Assembly: GCA_964019425.1 (NCBI GenBank)
Contig: OZ025781.1
Location: 310,001 to 374,000 of the forward strand
Direction: 5' to 3'
Source of the DNA: Flectonema sp. DT1601
Taxonomy: Eukaryota
DNA: 64,000 nt
The notes beneath the pieces were generated by a model that was not told the origin of the DNA, ran no database searches, and was given only the letters and a program-made list of their open reading frames with translations. Shown piece by piece: positions 11,523 through 21,603 of the stretch (the first letter of the stretch is position 1; every line of letters begins with the position of its first letter). The position numbers were made by a program, and so were the translations under genes.

Positions 11523-14201
11523 TTATTCATCGCTGTCGAGCTCGATGTATTTTATGGTCCCACGTAACTGGATGGGAGGGTCAATTTTAACTTCAACTGA
11601 ATTATGAAATTTGAACTTTCGACGAGGCTCGTCTGGAGTCTCGCATTCCGGAGAGTGAAATTCATCTGAGAAATCAGTTTTTCGACGTTTTAATTTTTTA
11701 CTCTTCCGTTCATCAACACCAGCAATGTTCTGTCTGCTCCACTCAGTAATTGAAGAGACCAGAGTACCACAATAAGAAGCCTCTTCCTTTGATGTGACTC
11801 CTAAAGTAACATGAGCACCCTTCGGAAGGAATCCCAGAGGACTGACTAAAGGAGCCTTCCATCCAGTAGGTGTTAGTAACAAATCAACTTTACTGACCCC
11901 CAAACACAATCCTTTACTATCAATAATCAAACGATCACATGTAATAATCGAGTCTTTGTTGTTTAAGTCGTCGCGTTTTTGGTTTATTCGCATCGCCATT
12001 TCAATGTCGGCAGGTTCCTCTGGAATTCGTCCTCCGACATACACGAGGGTGCAATGGATTTGACGAATGTACTGCTCAACGCGGTAGTGTGATAGGAGAG
12101 TTTTATATAAATTATTTTCGTTACCTGATTTGTGTCTGATCTTTTCTAACGATCCTTTTAACCACTGGAGGTTACTCGAATCGGTTATTGTCAGAGATGT
12201 CGATTTTCCGAATAAAGCTGTAGTCCATCCCGTTAACATTTCGACTATTGACTGTTGATCACATGAGTCGCGTCCACAAGTCTTTTTTATGATATTTTTT
12301 AAAGTCGATTCTATCTGAGAAAACCAATTTTTTTTATCAACAGATTCGACGCTCACATGAGAAAGTGAACACAGCTTCGTTATAAACGGTATGTGAAGAC
12401 CTAAATCCGACAAAAGACTCGACGCGTCACAACTAAAGAACATTTTAACACTATCAATCCCAATGAGAGGACTTGTTTTCTCGTCTTCCATTCTGTAATT
12501 TATAATAGTTGTTATCTTTGATTGAATCATATCAAATGTGCTATTAAAAGTTTGCGCATTCACATTATAATAAGAACCTTGGTCTTCGTAAGAGAGCTTT
12601 CCAACCATTGAGTTTATGACAATGGCAGCGTTAAGAGGATCTAATGTTGGATGTTCTGACCGGTTTGAAGCACGTTCAGTACAGGTTTTGATGTCCGTTG
12701 TGAAATTAACAGTCAGATAGTTAGGCAACACTCTCGATAGCATCCTTCGTGATCCCTTTGTTAGGTTACAACCATCAACAATGACAATAAACGAGTCTCT
12801 CGCTTGGTTTGCTACAAAATGCAACAAATGAAGCAATCTATGATGCACTGCCCTAGTAACATCTTGCTTCCCACATCTCTCTTGCTCTTGAACAGTGATA
12901 TCATCCTTTGAGAGGTAGATTATACGCCTGCCTTTGCAACATGTTTCGTCATTCGCTAGTTTCTTTAAAAATGTTGTCTTACCACTTCCTGGTAACCCAA
13001 CAGCAATAACAAGAAGGTGATTCGTTGGCTTTAAAACTGGTCGTAAATTAGTAACCAAATCATTCCAGACTATTGACTGTTCTTTGTTTAAAGAATTTTC
13101 TAAATTTTTTAAGAGGTTGGTAACGTCGCACTGTTTTTGTTGAAAAACTTGTTTCTGCTTCTCACATATGTACGAAACGATTACTTTTTGATACGGTGTC
13201 AGTGAAGGCCATAATCTCACCACCTCTATTTCGGATCCTTTTTCCGACATTTTACAAATCAGCTGACGAAGTTGACGTTGTATTTTGTAACGAAGTGTTT
13301 TTAACTTCACTCTGAAGTAAGCCTTATCATTGTGGTCACTGGGTTGAGGTTCTTCGTTTCCAAAGTGCTCCAGTACCAGTTTTTTGTCTACTGAAAAAGT
13401 TAAAACATGCCCTTCCGAACTGTCCCCAGTTCGATCCCAAGTCTCACACTTTTTTACGCAGTTTGCTATGTCTGACCAAGAAGGGTTTGTGATGTATGGT
13501 GATATTTTTAAACCAGATGCAGCTGCAGAGGCTTTCGAGAGAAGATCAATAGAAGTTTCCTCTCTCAGGGAATCGAACTTGATGAGACACAATAGACTGA
13601 GTCCCTGATGAAGAGGAGGTTCTGATACTGGATGCCATGTGTCTTCGATTGAATCAACCCCTTCACAGATTAGAGAAACTTTATTCGATAGGAGAAATGT
13701 ACGAAGTTTAGCCTCACGTTCATCAACGTGTTCGTAATTCCATTCTTTGTGAAGGAGTCGCTGTGCTAGTGTGACATGTTTTCCCTTCAGAACGTGTTTT
13801 GATGAAATTAATAAATTTGGATCCTCTTCCGTTGCGGATATGACTACAAGAAACCCAGCTATCTTTCGTTGGATCAGAACAGGTGATATGTGTTGTTGGA
13901 TTGACGTGTTTAGAATTAGATGAGAAATGTCTTCAAAATCATCGAATTTATTCATTCCTCTCAACATTACTTTTTCGGGATTATCTTTTCTTATGTAGAG
14001 AGTTCTTGCTCCAGTAGCAAGCTCGCTGCGCTTCACGTCAGAATATAGGCTTTCATGAAACTTGACTCCAACGACGCCCTCCCTCCCGACTTTCTCCAGA
14101 ATAACACCTCCTGAAGACTTGCAGAGGTTCAGCAAATTAACATTCGAGTTTTTTGGGATCCATTCACTTTTGTAAAATACCTTATCTAATAGTTCATTCA
14201 T
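11523..14201 (-). CDS. TRL1: Trl1-type trifunctional tRNA/RNA ligase (ligase, polynucleotide kinase, 2H cyclic phosphodiesterase)
   Basis: Ligase motifs RGMNKF, QRKIAG (motif I KxxG), SSKH, ICEGVD, SEGHVL, FRVKLK. P-loop GLPGSGKTT. Two HxT motifs (HCTL, HVTL). Start taken at MNELLDK after the poly-A run. Confidence 0.85.
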   Translation of the reverse strand: MNELLDKVFYKSEWIPKNSNVNLLNLCKSSGGVILEKVGREGVVGVKFHESLYSDVKRSELATGARTLYIRKDNPEKVMLRGMNKFDDFEDISHLILNTSIQQHISPVLIQRKIAGFLVVISATEEDPNLLISSKHVLKGKHVTLAQRLLHKEWNYEHVDEREAKLRTFLLSNKVSLICEGVDSIEDTWHPVSEPPLHQGLSLLCLIKFDSLREETSIDLLSKASAAASGLKISPYITNPSWSDIANCVKKCETWDRTGDSSEGHVLTFSVDKKLVLEHFGNEEPQPSDHNDKAYFRVKLKTLRYKIQRQLRQLICKMSEKGSEIEVVRLWPSLTPYQKVIVSYICEKQKQVFQQKQCDVTNLLKNLENSLNKEQSIVWNDLVTNLRPVLKPTNHLLVIAVGLPGSGKTTFLKKLANDETCCKGRRIIYLSKDDITVQEQERCGKQDVTRAVHHRLLHLLHFVANQARDSFIVIVDGCNLTKGSRRMLSRVLPNYLTVNFTTDIKTCTERASNRSEHPTLDPLNAAIVINSMVGKLSYEDQGSYYNVNAQTFNSTFDMIQSKITTIINYRMEDEKTSPLIGIDSVKMFFSCDASSLLSDLGLHIPFITKLCSLSHVSVESVDKKNWFSQIESTLKNIIKKTCGRDSCDQQSIVEMLTGWTTALFGKSTSLTITDSSNLQWLKGSLEKIRHKSGNENNLYKTLLSHYRVEQYIRQIHCTLVYVGGRIPEEPADIEMAMRINQKRDDLNNKDSIITCDRLIIDSKGLCLGVSKVDLLLTPTGWKAPLVSPLGFLPKGAHVTLGVTSKEEASYCGTLVSSITEWSRQNIAGVDERKSKKLKRRKTDFSDEFHSPECETPDEPRRKFKFHNSVEVKIDPPIQLRGTIKYIELDSDE

Positions 14202-14434
14202 TTTTTTTTTTTTTTGTTCTTTTTGTTTTCCACCTTTCTTTGATATCAATACAATGCTGAAGTGGAAAGTATAAAATAATTAAAACCCCAAAAAAAACAT
14301 CTCTTTAACAATGTAAACTAATACAGGTACAATACCACGAAAGGAGGTATCATTTTTTATTAACAAATTTTTTTTAAAAAAAAAAGTAACTAAAACTTAA
14401 ATTCTACAAAAAAAAAAATTTCAATATTCTGTGA

Positions 14435-15238
14435 TTACATCTCAGGGAGAACTCTGAAAGCAGGATGATGATCAAGAGAGGGTGGTGAGTCATCGAAGTC
14501 GAGAGCTGATTGAAATCCCGTCAGCGGTCCATCGACACCATACGAAGCCGCCACAACAATTCGAGGTGCCCAAAGTATGGAATCATTCGGAGCTAATCTA
14601 TTACACATATCTTCAACATCCGTCGTAATGAGTTTCTGAGGTGCCTGACATGGAACTACATTCTCCTCAAAAACCCGCTTAACTGGCGACCGAGGAGGAG
14701 GACCATATAACGGATGAGGCACGGATCCGCTAAATTCATGTTTTCTACTTTCATATTCGATCGACTTTCTTTTCTTTGGTTTCACAAGACTCTTCTTATG
14801 AAGACAGAGAAATAATCCAAAAAGTGCGACCACAGTTAACGCTGACACCGCGATGATAACAATTACCCACCACTCTAATGAACTTGATGAGGAACTAATA
14901 ATTAATAATGTTTGAGTAATCGTACCATTAGAAGTATCGACAAGTGTTTCTTCACTGAGTAAAGTAACTGTCTTTGTCGGTAACACCGACGATGAGACAG
15001 TTGCAGTGACTGTTTCCGTTGGTGTCACTGAATTAGTTTTCGACAGTGTTTGTGACAATGTTAATGAATTGGTGTTTGATAGTGTTTGCGTCATCGATAA
15101 TGATAAAGAGTCACTAACTGTTTCCGTCTCTGAAATTGAACGACTTAACGTATCGCTGATCGTTAAGGAAATTGTGGTCGTCGCTGTACACTCTACTTCA
15201 ACAGCAATCAACACCACCACCAAAATATAAAACAACAT
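14435..15238 (-). CDS. Type I membrane protein with Ser/Thr-rich (TLSxT) ectodomain
   Basis: Signal peptide MLFYILVVVLIAVEVEC, T/S-rich repeats, TM WWVIVIIAVSALTVVALFGLFLCL, basic stop-transfer segment. Confidence 0.75.
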   Translation of the reverse strand: MLFYILVVVLIAVEVECTATTTISLTISDTLSRSISETETVSDSLSLSMTQTLSNTNSLTLSQTLSKTNSVTPTETVTATVSSSVLPTKTVTLLSEETLVDTSNGTITQTLLIISSSSSSLEWWVIVIIAVSALTVVALFGLFLCLHKKSLVKPKKRKSIEYESRKHEFSGSVPHPLYGPPPRSPVKRVFEENVVPCQAPQKLITTDVEDMCNRLAPNDSILWAPRIVVAASYGVDGPLTGFQSALDFDDSPPSLDHHPAFRVLPEM

Positions 15239-15472
15239 CTTGGGGGGGGTGGGGTGAGATCCCCCACAAATGGATCAACTGAAGTAAAAAAAAGTGAAAA
15301 ATAGTAATAAAAAATAACAAAAATCTTTCCCTCATGTGATCAATCTCACATCATAAACAACATTCCATCAAAGTAAATTGATCATCGCCTTTTTGATGAT
15401 ATAAAGTAATCGTCAGTTAATACCCTTCTGAGATACATAATAAAGTAATACAGCAGTTTGTACAAAAATGAA

Positions 15473-16219
15473 TCATTTGTACCAACGAATCCCATCGCTG
15501 CTGCCCATCTTTTTTTCTGCTGCCGCCGGATCTCTAGAAAACGGATCCATTTTGTAATTCGCACGTGGATTGTATGGAAAATCATTTTGTAAAAGTTTTT
15601 GATAAAATGGTTTTCCTTTCATTGGTCCACCCAGGGGTTGATATCCTCCCATCTGACGAAATCTATCACCTGTTCCTTGGGGTTCCCTAAATACAGACCA
15701 CAGCTTTGTTGCATTGTCCATTCTTTTAAAATCTAACCACTGATTCTCTTTGTATTTAAATATTAACGGCATCCCGTGTTTCATGTAGTGATGGTCGTAG
15801 TGATATCTGGTTTCGTCTCTTGTTGCTATCTTATTTGAATACCATAAAATATGAACTAAATTTTCAACAATATGTTCGCTTGATTGCGGAAATGTATTTC
15901 CCTTATCAGTTTTTATTGAAAACACATCTGTATCTGGGTTATAATAAATTGGATAAAGGTTTCTCATAACATCCTTACATGATTCAGGTATCCAGTCTGC
16001 ACTGCTTAAAGTAATTGTTATTTTTGCTTCTGGAGTCCATTTTACTGACATCTGTCCCGCAGTTTTGCATCCTCCACCGCTTCGATATCTCTTCTTATGA
16101 ATGATATTTAGGTCATCGTATGGTACAGCAAACGGTTCTCTCGCAAGTACTCGATTGCTGAGATTAAGAACCGCAAGTGTGGGTGATGTACGTGAGAACA
16201 TACCTCGTGACTTTATCAT
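15473..16219 (-). CDS. ICT1/mL62-like mitochondrial release-factor-family protein with altered GGQ motif
   Basis: Arg/Ser-rich presequence. VPYDDLNI...YRSGGGCKTAGQ...ADWIP aligns by eye with ICT1 IPLDRLTISYCRSSGPGGQ...AEWI. Confidence 0.6.
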   Translation of the reverse strand: MIKSRGMFSRTSPTLAVLNLSNRVLAREPFAVPYDDLNIIHKKRYRSGGGCKTAGQMSVKWTPEAKITITLSSADWIPESCKDVMRNLYPIYYNPDTDVFSIKTDKGNTFPQSSEHIVENLVHILWYSNKIATRDETRYHYDHHYMKHGMPLIFKYKENQWLDFKRMDNATKLWSVFREPQGTGDRFRQMGGYQPLGGPMKGKPFYQKLLQNDFPYNPRANYKMDPFSRDPAAAEKKMGSSDGIRWYK

Positions 16220-16596
16220 ATTATTTTCTTTAAGCTGTTAAATCTGGGATTAGAACTGTTGTTTATGATCAATATGTCAATACTACAGCATCACAGGGCT
16301 GCCTCTATGCAGGAAAAAAAAAAAAAAAAAAAACACTTCGCAGGTTGGATCTATCCTTTTTTTTTTTTTTTACTTTTTGTTTTTTTTTTTTTTTGCTTGG
16401 AAAATTAGAGTTTTTTTTTTTTTTTCTTTTTTTTAAAAAGGAAACAACAGAGGTGAGACAGATTTTTCTAGTGGAGGTCTCCTACACCCAAACTTTCTTA
16501 AAAAAAACAAAAGGAAGATCAGCAACCGTCTAGACGTTTGTTAAGAATCGTTGAATTCGACTGTTTGTCAGATACGATAACAGGTACGGAGTTGAG

Positions 16597-17193
16597 CTAT
16601 TCTTCGACAGGAACCTCATCCCAGTTGTCGCCTTGAAGGGCAGCCGCTAACTCTTCTGTGCTTGAAGGGAGGTCGCTGATGAAGGCATTTCTAATTTTCG
16701 GAGTCGATGAGTTGTAAAGATTCAATGCGTGGTTAGTCAGAACAACTGTACCATTATGACTACCTGTTCCGTAGTCTCCACCAACGTATTCGATGCTCAA
16801 TCCTGAAGCGTCTCTAGTGATTGTGATCTCACCACTGCATTGAAGACCAACTTTGACGGCTTCCTTGACAGCTTCGTCACCAAAGGTGTCTTGCCATCCG
16901 GAGTTGGTACCTGCTTCTGAAACAATTCCAAGCCAGCACTCAAGCTCAACGAACTGGTCATCAGTAAACCATGACTCACATCCTCTGAGTAGTATTAATA
17001 GAGCCATGAAATCATGATCACTTGTACTCTTCTTCTCACTCCAGTCTGTTAACAATCCTCTTACAGTCTTGTGTAGTTTGTCAGTATCAAGGTTTTCTAC
17101 GTCCTCAGGCTTCTTTTTCCAGCATGTCGCCAACGTTTCTACGGCTTCGATAATATCACTTCTGGTGTATTTAAGATCATAGCGTAAAGTCAT
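16597..17193 (-). CDS. Hypothetical acidic 198-aa protein
   Basis: Clean ORF with coding-like composition and a TTTCAG acceptor 11 nt upstream of the ATG. No family recognised. Confidence 0.7.
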   Translation of the reverse strand: MTLRYDLKYTRSDIIEAVETLATCWKKKPEDVENLDTDKLHKTVRGLLTDWSEKKSTSDHDFMALLILLRGCESWFTDDQFVELECWLGIVSEAGTNSGWQDTFGDEAVKEAVKVGLQCSGEITITRDASGLSIEYVGGDYGTGSHNGTVVLTNHALNLYNSSTPKIRNAFISDLPSSTEELAAALQGDNWDEVPVEE

Positions 17194-18386
17194 TGTACTT
17201 AGACCTGAAACAAAAAATATATAATAATTATTTCAGTTAAAAATCGGTTTTTTTTTTTTTTGTTTGATAGAAGCCCAAAAGTTAGTTTTAAAAAAAAAAA
17301 AAAAAAAATCCCCCCGAAAGCAAAAACTGGAGGTAACTTCTTTTCTATCTTCCAGATTTAACTGTTTTTGAGCGTAATACAAAAAAAAAAAAAAAAAAAA
17401 AAAGATGCAGTCGTAACTGGCATATATGTGATCTATATATGATGACTTACACAGATGAATGAACTACAAGTTCATTTAAGAATCGTTAATATTATTTTAT
17501 TTAGGAGCTAACAGTTTAAGCTGAAGGGGGATTCCCCCCTTGTTGGAAATTCGAGAGGACCAATCTGTAGCGTCACATGACATTTGTCATAAATACTGCT
17601 AAGGGAATTATCCCTGTGAGGAAATCCGCAATTTTTTTTTTTTTAATCAAAAAAGAAATCTCCAGTTTAACGAGAAAAATTGCTTGGCACAACTGCCAAA
17701 GAATTCTTTTTCTTATGCAAGGAACAACCAGATTTTTAAAAAAAGAAAAAAAAAACCGCTCATACGGAAAAGTTCCCTTTTTTTTACAGCAATAGGAGAG
17801 AGAACTAATAATCCACACGTCTAGGATAACCAAAGCCGTTGATCTATCACGAGCATAGGATACGAGGAATAAGCAACTTCAATTTTTTTTTTTTTTTTTT
17901 TTCCAATATAATAATAATAATAAGTTAACGGAAGCAAGTATTTTCGAGGATAGATTAGTTAAGTAGCGCGGAAGTTTTCACAAATTAAAATTTTTTTTAA
18001 AAAAAAAAAAAAAAATTCTCGCTAAGTTGCTTAGTCAGATGACAAATAAGAAGTTTCAAACTACTATCTCACAACACCAGGATTCATCATCTGATAAGCA
18101 AAAGAAAGAATACAATATTATAAAGTGTCCAAAAGAGAGTACAACAAAAAATTTATTTTAATTTTTTTTTTTTTTTTGGATGACGGAAACAAAACAGAAG
18201 CTTTTTTTTTTTTTTTAACTAACGGAAAAAAAAAAAAATCGTAAATGAACGAGAGAGTCTTTTAATTTTTCTTACTCAAGAAAGTTAAAAAGCTCAACTT
18301 AGGTACAACAATAACAAAAACTGGGTAGTAAAATGACTCATTTATCTCGAATGTTGAATCAACGCTACCAAAACGACAAAGGTGAC

Positions 18387-19910
18387 TCACACAAGGGGAG
18401 CATTTTCATCCTTAACATCGTCGTCATCACTGCAACTATCACCATCGTTGAGGGTTGTGATTTTTTCACTGTTTTCAAGAGCCTTTTTGTGAACCATGTC
18501 AGCAGTCTTTTCCCAGTCTATTCTGAATAAGAATATCATGCCAACAATGATTATGACCGTGTAACCACCAATAAGCCCTTCCCACAATCCTACTACCCCG
18601 TGACCCCAATAAAATCCAAGCATATAACTCAGAGGTACCGAAACACCCCATGCACCAACTAAGAATGTTATGGCGACTAATCCTGTTTTGTGAGCAGCAG
18701 TCATGAGGGTGGTGCAGACAGCGAATAACCCGATCATGAAATAACCTGCGCACATGATTGTAATAATTTGTGATATCAGATGAATGACTTCCTCGTTACC
18801 GGTGAATAGTTTTCCAACCTCATTTCTGACAAAAACAAGAATCGCACTGATGATAAAACCAATTGAAACAGCAACACCAAAACCCACCTTTGCGACAACC
18901 ACAGTTGACGCAGCATCTCGTCTTCCTAAGTGGTGTGAAACTCGAACATTCACAGCGCTTCTAACCCCCATCATCACGGCTGTTAAACACATAAAGATAT
19001 TCATCATGGTAGTGTGAGCTGCAATGTCGTTTGATCCCATTTTAACCGCAAACATCGATACAGTTTGCAACTGAGCTTCTTCAAACAAAGATCCAATTGC
19101 CAATGGAAAAAATAATTTATACAAAGTTTTTTTTCTCGGTTGTTGAAGGGATTTTGATGACCAGCCTCCCCAAGCTTTTTTATGATATTTTTTATACTTC
19201 AACATGTATGTTCCGTATGATATTAATATAAACCATCTGGTGGTAGCCGTGGCTATTGGCGAGCCTATAAACCCCAACCCGTGAAAAGACGTATTCGGAA
19301 TCCCCCAAATAAAAAATAAATTCAACAAAGCATTCAAAGGAATAGCAGAAAGCGTAGCAATGAGAGATGGCGTGACAATCTCTAATGCTTGAAAGAAATT
19401 ATTTAAAATTCCGAATAGAAGTTGGACAGGAAGCCAAATTAAGGAGTATAATATAAAAGTGTATGCTTTGTCAGCTTCATCGTGATCTATTCCAAAGACG
19501 TGTTTGAATACTGGTCCAGCTGCAAGCCACAGACAACTAATTCCTAACCAGCAAAAGCACGCGATATAGAGAGTTAATTGCAACCATTGTCCCGCCTGAT
19601 GTGGATTTTTTGCACCCAACGCAGCAGAAGCAAGAGTTTTCAATGAAGGACACAGAGCTCGATATATAAAAAAAGATGTTACATTTATCCATATTAATCC
19701 TGTACTAGCTCCACTTAATGCTTCTGTTGAGATGTGTCCCAGCATTCCTATGTCAGTAAGCATGAGAAGCATCCTACCGAACATCATGAGTGCAACTTTT
19801 CCACCGATTGAACCAACGTATTTCAATTCATCTTTCCACGATGCGACTGTTATTGATACCGTAGAATCCCCAGACTCGGAAGTATCACATCCGATTTGTG
19901 GATTTATCAT
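18387..19910 (-). CDS. MATE-family multidrug/toxin efflux transporter
   Basis: About 12 TM helices with MATE motifs DIGMLGH, ALGAKN, GLGFIGSPIAT, VRVSHHLG, GVVGLWEG. First ATG is MINPQ (the ORF-track start is a GTG). Confidence 0.92.
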   Translation of the reverse strand: MINPQIGCDTSESGDSTVSITVASWKDELKYVGSIGGKVALMMFGRMLLMLTDIGMLGHISTEALSGASTGLIWINVTSFFIYRALCPSLKTLASAALGAKNPHQAGQWLQLTLYIACFCWLGISCLWLAAGPVFKHVFGIDHDEADKAYTFILYSLIWLPVQLLFGILNNFFQALEIVTPSLIATLSAIPLNALLNLFFIWGIPNTSFHGLGFIGSPIATATTRWFILISYGTYMLKYKKYHKKAWGGWSSKSLQQPRKKTLYKLFFPLAIGSLFEEAQLQTVSMFAVKMGSNDIAAHTTMMNIFMCLTAVMMGVRSAVNVRVSHHLGRRDAASTVVVAKVGFGVAVSIGFIISAILVFVRNEVGKLFTGNEEVIHLISQIITIMCAGYFMIGLFAVCTTLMTAAHKTGLVAITFLVGAWGVSVPLSYMLGFYWGHGVVGLWEGLIGGYTVIIIVGMIFLFRIDWEKTADMVHKKALENSEKITTLNDGDSCSDDDDVKDENAPLV

Positions 19911-19921
19911 AATATGTGTAC

Positions 19922-19946
19922 GGGGGTGGGGTGGGGTGGGGTGGGG
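19922..19946 (+). repeat. (TGGGG)n G-run repeat, potential G-quadruplex
   Basis: GGGGGTGGGGTGGGGTGGGGTGGGG: five G-runs just upstream of the MATE ATG. Confidence 0.8.
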
Positions 19947-21603
19947 ACTGTGAGGGGTGTCATAAAGCTTGTTTTTGTTATCCACACCAACAACTGTCTC
20001 TCTCTGTGTCTCTGTCTCTGTGTATCAGAAATCAAGTGGTTTTATTGCTTATTATGTTTGGAAAAAAAAAAAATAAGAATGTTAAGTATGAGAAATTAAA
20101 ATAAAAAGAAAGCACACACAAAACAATATCAAATAACTGGCATTCTATTCCGGGCATCAAGTAGTGTTTTTTTTTTTTTTTTTTATTTTTTTACAGCCAC
20201 AGGATACTTTTCTATTCGCAGTCATCCTGTTTCTCTTTGTTATTTTATTTTTTTTGTTTTTTGTTTTTTTTTCCCCCTTCTCTCTCTCTCTCTTTTTTTT
20301 TTTTTTTTTTTTTCTTTGGTTTTTTCCTTGAAAAAAAACCTTAGACACATTATCCCCGACACAGTGCCAATTTATTTAACGAAGAATACGAAAACAATTT
20401 CGTATTTTTTTTATTTTTTTTTTTTTGTTCTCAAAAAAAACCTCCTACAGTCAGCCTATAAAGTCTGACTCAAACGGAGTAGCGTAAACGCAAAAAAAAA
20501 AAAATAAAAGTTTTTTTTTTTTTTTATGTGCAGTGCTGTGATCACTTCCCTGCAAAAAAAAAAATCTAAAAAAAAAAAAAAGTTTGAATTGCAACACCGT
20601 ATTCCCAAGCTTAAATGAGGAAGGTTAATTGTTTGAGCATATTTATGATGACATAAATACGTGTTGTATTGTATCAAAAAGTTAAGTTATGATACAGTGA
20701 CCAAGGGGGGTAAATTGATACTTTTTTTATCAAACGGGGGACGAAAAAAAAAAACGGGGCTACTTACCTTTAAGAAACAGTTTGACTGAAATGTGCATCA
20801 AAACTGATTTTAATTATTTTGTGTGTATGGTGCTTTTAGGCAAAAGTAAGTTGGTCACCACATTAGAAACAGCTTTAAGATGGAAGAAAAAAAAGGGTGT
20901 CGCTGCTCAAATTCGCTACAAGATGTAAGAATACCTTCCAACCAGCCTGCCAAGGCTGGCAGATAATATACAAAGGGGAAAAGAGGGGGGATACCAACTC
21001 ACGCTTTTTTTTTTTTTTTTTTTAAAGTTTGTCTTTTTGCTGTTCTTGTTATTTTTCCAGGTGTGGGAGAGGAGCAGGGTGGAAAAAAAAAAAAAAAAAA
21101 AATGCTTCTATTTTGGGAATAAACAATTCTTTTTTCATTTTTATAAAATTCATTTTTTTTGTTTTTTTCTTTGTTTTTTTTCTTTTTTTTTAAATTATTA
21201 ATGGCTTTCGCAGGGGAGAAAAAAAAAAAGGGCAAAGCAGCTGTAAATAAACAGCCAAAAGGAATAAGTTGCCTCGATTTTTTTTATCATACGAATGTTT
21301 CTGGGAGAGTACCGAGTACCACCATATCATATAACCCCTTCTTCCCTTTTTGAAAAAATATTTATTTTTTCATCAAAGAAAAAAAGTCATCAATAAGAGA
21401 AAAAAAAATTAAAAATTAAAATAAATAACTAACACTTGTCTAAAAGAATAATGGGGAGAAGAAAAGGGGGGATGAAGATGTGAAACAAACGGGGAAGAAA
21501 AAAAAAAAAAAAAAAAAAACGATACGGCTTCTTTAAGTCTATTAAAAAAAACAAAAAAAAATTATAACAATAATAATAAAAAACGACTCAAACTCTATAT
21601 TTC

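Noticed and set aside
14202..14249. N-terminal extensions in the ORF track (also 53484-53582, 56042-56128, 59868-59951, 24730-24816)
   Set aside because: They start at non-ATG codons or run through poly(A) UTR/intron sequence; downstream ATGs fit better.
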